Positions 59,096 to 64,000 of a stretch of 64,000 nt of DNA are shown in pieces. The stretch's first letter is position 1. Every line of letters begins with the position of its first letter. A program made the position numbers and the translations under genes. The notes below the pieces were generated by a model. It worked only from the letters and a program-made list of their open reading frames with translations, made no database searches and was not told the DNA's origin. Source of the DNA: Candidatus Helarchaeota archaeon (GTDB taxonomy: Archaea; Asgardarchaeota; Lokiarchaeia; Helarchaeales; RDOG01); NCBI GenBank assembly GCA_019058315.1, contig JAHPZH010000005.1:256001-320000 (forward strand). The letters run 5' to 3'.

Positions 59096-59623
59096 TTACA
59101 TCAATGCACTATCTTGCTTTTTCCTATCCAAAACAGCTTGGGTTATCAAGCCAAAGACATAGCCTATATTTTGACCAGATTTTGCGCTGCATTCAATGTA
59201 GCTGTTAATATTATTATCTTTGGCAAAACCTTCCGCATCTTCTCTTGTAATTGAACGATTTGGTAAGTCTATTTTAGTCCCAACCAAAACAACAGGAATA
59301 GAATCAGTATTTTTCCTGATTAAACCGAGCCATTCTGGAAGATTATTAAATGAGTAAGGTTTTGTCAAATCAAATACTAGTAAAGCCCCAGATGCTCCGC
59401 GGCAATAACCAGGAAGAATAAATCTAAAACGATCTTCGCCTCCAAAATCCCATAACTGAAGCGTAACTTGTTCTTCACCCAGCATAACCTTCACAGCGCT
59501 GAAGTCTACGCCTATCGTCATTTTGGTTCCCTCAAGGAAGATTCCCTTAGTAAATCGCAGTGTCATTGCTGTTTTACCTACACCGCCTTCACCAGCAATT
59601 ACCAGCTTGAGGATATATGTCAT
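59096..59623 (-). CDS. Rab/Ras-like small GTPase
   Basis: GEGGVGKT, TIGVDF, WDFGGE, TKID and CSAK. Confidence 0.95.
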   Translation of the reverse strand: MTYILKLVIAGEGGVGKTAMTLRFTKGIFLEGTKMTIGVDFSAVKVMLGEEQVTLQLWDFGGEDRFRFILPGYCRGASGALLVFDLTKPYSFNNLPEWLGLIRKNTDSIPVVLVGTKIDLPNRSITREDAEGFAKDNNINSYIECSAKSGQNIGYVFGLITQAVLDRKKQDSALM

Positions 59624-59869
59624 TTTTTAACTTCCCAGTCGAATATACATTAATTCTTTAGTTAACCAGATTTCATTATTTGATATTTCTATAATCAAAA
59701 TTAAACTTTATGATATTTTAATTTAAATTCATTAAAGTATAATATTTTCTTATTTTATGTTTCAAATTATTAATCTGATTATTAAACAATATATTAAATT
59801 TTATTTGTCAACATAATTTAAAATTTTATTGAATTGGTTATTAAAGATAGATTTTTGGGTGTGTGATTT

Positions 59870-60274
59870 TTGGAACGATTTAAAATTAGTGAAAAAGATG
59901 CAGAAGAAATAATTAAAACATTAAATTTTTCTAAATTAAATGGTCTAATCGCCGTTATAGCTCAAGATATTAAAACTAATGAAGTAGTAATGTCTGCATT
60001 TGCTAATGAAGAAGCAATTAAGATGACTTTAACAACCGGATATGCATATTATTGGAGTCGTTCCAGAAATACATTGTGGAAAAAAGGGGAGACTTCAGGT
60101 CACCTACAGATAGTAAAAGAAGTTTATCTTGACTGTGATCAAGATGCAATCTTATTAAAAATAAACCAAATAACAGCAGCCTGTCATACAGGCTATTTTA
60201 GTTGTTTTCACAAAAAAATTATTGATGGAAATGTTGAGATAATTGGTGAACAAATTTTTAAGCCAATTAAATAG
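59870..60274 (+). CDS. hisI: Phosphoribosyl-AMP cyclohydrolase
   Basis: YWSRSR..LWKKGETSGH.Q, DCDQD and ACHTGYFSCF. Confidence 0.96.
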   Translation: MERFKISEKDAEEIIKTLNFSKLNGLIAVIAQDIKTNEVVMSAFANEEAIKMTLTTGYAYYWSRSRNTLWKKGETSGHLQIVKEVYLDCDQDAILLKINQITAACHTGYFSCFHKKIIDGNVEIIGEQIFKPIK

Positions 60275-60319
60275 GATGGATTTTCAATTAAAAGAAAAAT
60301 TGAGTTAAAAAATTTATTC

Positions 60320-60664
60320 TTATCCTTCGATATCATCTAGAAAATCTAATAGATGGTCACGTACAACAACAAATGAAGGTCCTCCACCAAACTCTATTCC
60401 TATAGCAGCAGCTTCTAATACTTCATCTCTTTTTGCTCCAGCTGAAATTGCATTATTTGCATGATTTGCCATACATGGGATACATTTAGTAGCTACTGCT
60501 GCTGCTACCGCCATTAACTCTTTTAATTTCCGGTCTAAAGCTCCAGGTTTATAGTAATATTTGATTAATTCATTAAATCCCTTGTATAGATCTGGTGCTT
60601 CCTTCTCTAATCGCTCTCTATTAGCTTTTCTCTTTTTCAAAATGTCTTTAGCCTTATATTCCAT
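60320..60664 (-). CDS. Carboxymuconolactone decarboxylase/AhpD family protein
   Basis: GALDRKLKELMAV...CIPC...H...A...GA...E...GGGP. Confidence 0.9.
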   Translation of the reverse strand: MEYKAKDILKKRKANRERLEKEAPDLYKGFNELIKYYYKPGALDRKLKELMAVAAAVATKCIPCMANHANNAISAGAKRDEVLEAAAIGIEFGGGPSFVVVRDHLLDFLDDIEG

Positions 60665-60754
60665 TATTACACCTCTTTTTTTTAATACTTTAAGAGAAAA
60701 TTATTAAAATAAAAAAATAACAACAAACACCTTTATCAATTATATGAAAAATAA

Positions 60755-63883
<3,129 letters not shown>

Positions 63884-63967
63884 AAATAGTTATTAATTAA
63901 ATTATAATAAAAAAACTATTGATTTATGATTTATATAATTTTAACAATATTTGAAAAGGTAATTTAA

Positions 63968-64000
63968 ATGATGAGAGATCTTCCAAGATTGAGGAATTAT
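63968..64000 (+). CDS. 5' end of a CDS running off the window (MMRDLPRLRNY...)
   Basis: ATG after an AAGGT SD-like sequence; open to the window end. Confidence 0.4.
   Translation, partial: MMRDLPRLRNY

Overview
AT-rich archaeal chromosomal DNA, very probably from an Asgard archaeon (Loki/Hel-like). Support: archaeal RadA, PolB2 and ADP-forming acyl-CoA synthetases occur together with a Rab-like small GTPase and a membrane protein carrying a longin-like domain. The window holds a dispersed his pathway (hisG-hisD-TPR-TPR-hisC-hisB, with hisA and hisI apart), acyl-CoA metabolism genes, a GH2 beta-galactosidase, a cluster of C_GCAxxG_C_C redox proteins and a 3048-aa repeat-rich surface glycoprotein. 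No tRNA, rRNA, transposase, integrase or convincing CRISPR array was seen. Main hunt results: (1) A candidate archaeal DNA-damage (SOS-like) regulon. A (T)TTTGTCG(G) box, once as the perfect palindrome TTTTTGTCG-N4-CGACAAAAA, lies upstream of radA, polB2, a Walker-A-dead RadA paralog with a PIP-like tail plus its coupled small partner, and two Zn-finger microproteins, one of them unannotated. (2) An attenuator-like leader before hisG, with a His-His uORF inside a hairpin. (3) A 7-blade beta-propeller cassette inserted into an Ig-like domain of the giant protein; the same cassette occurs as a stand-alone gene interrupted by a Trp-to-TGA codon. All functional calls come from motif recognition by eye; no database searches were run.
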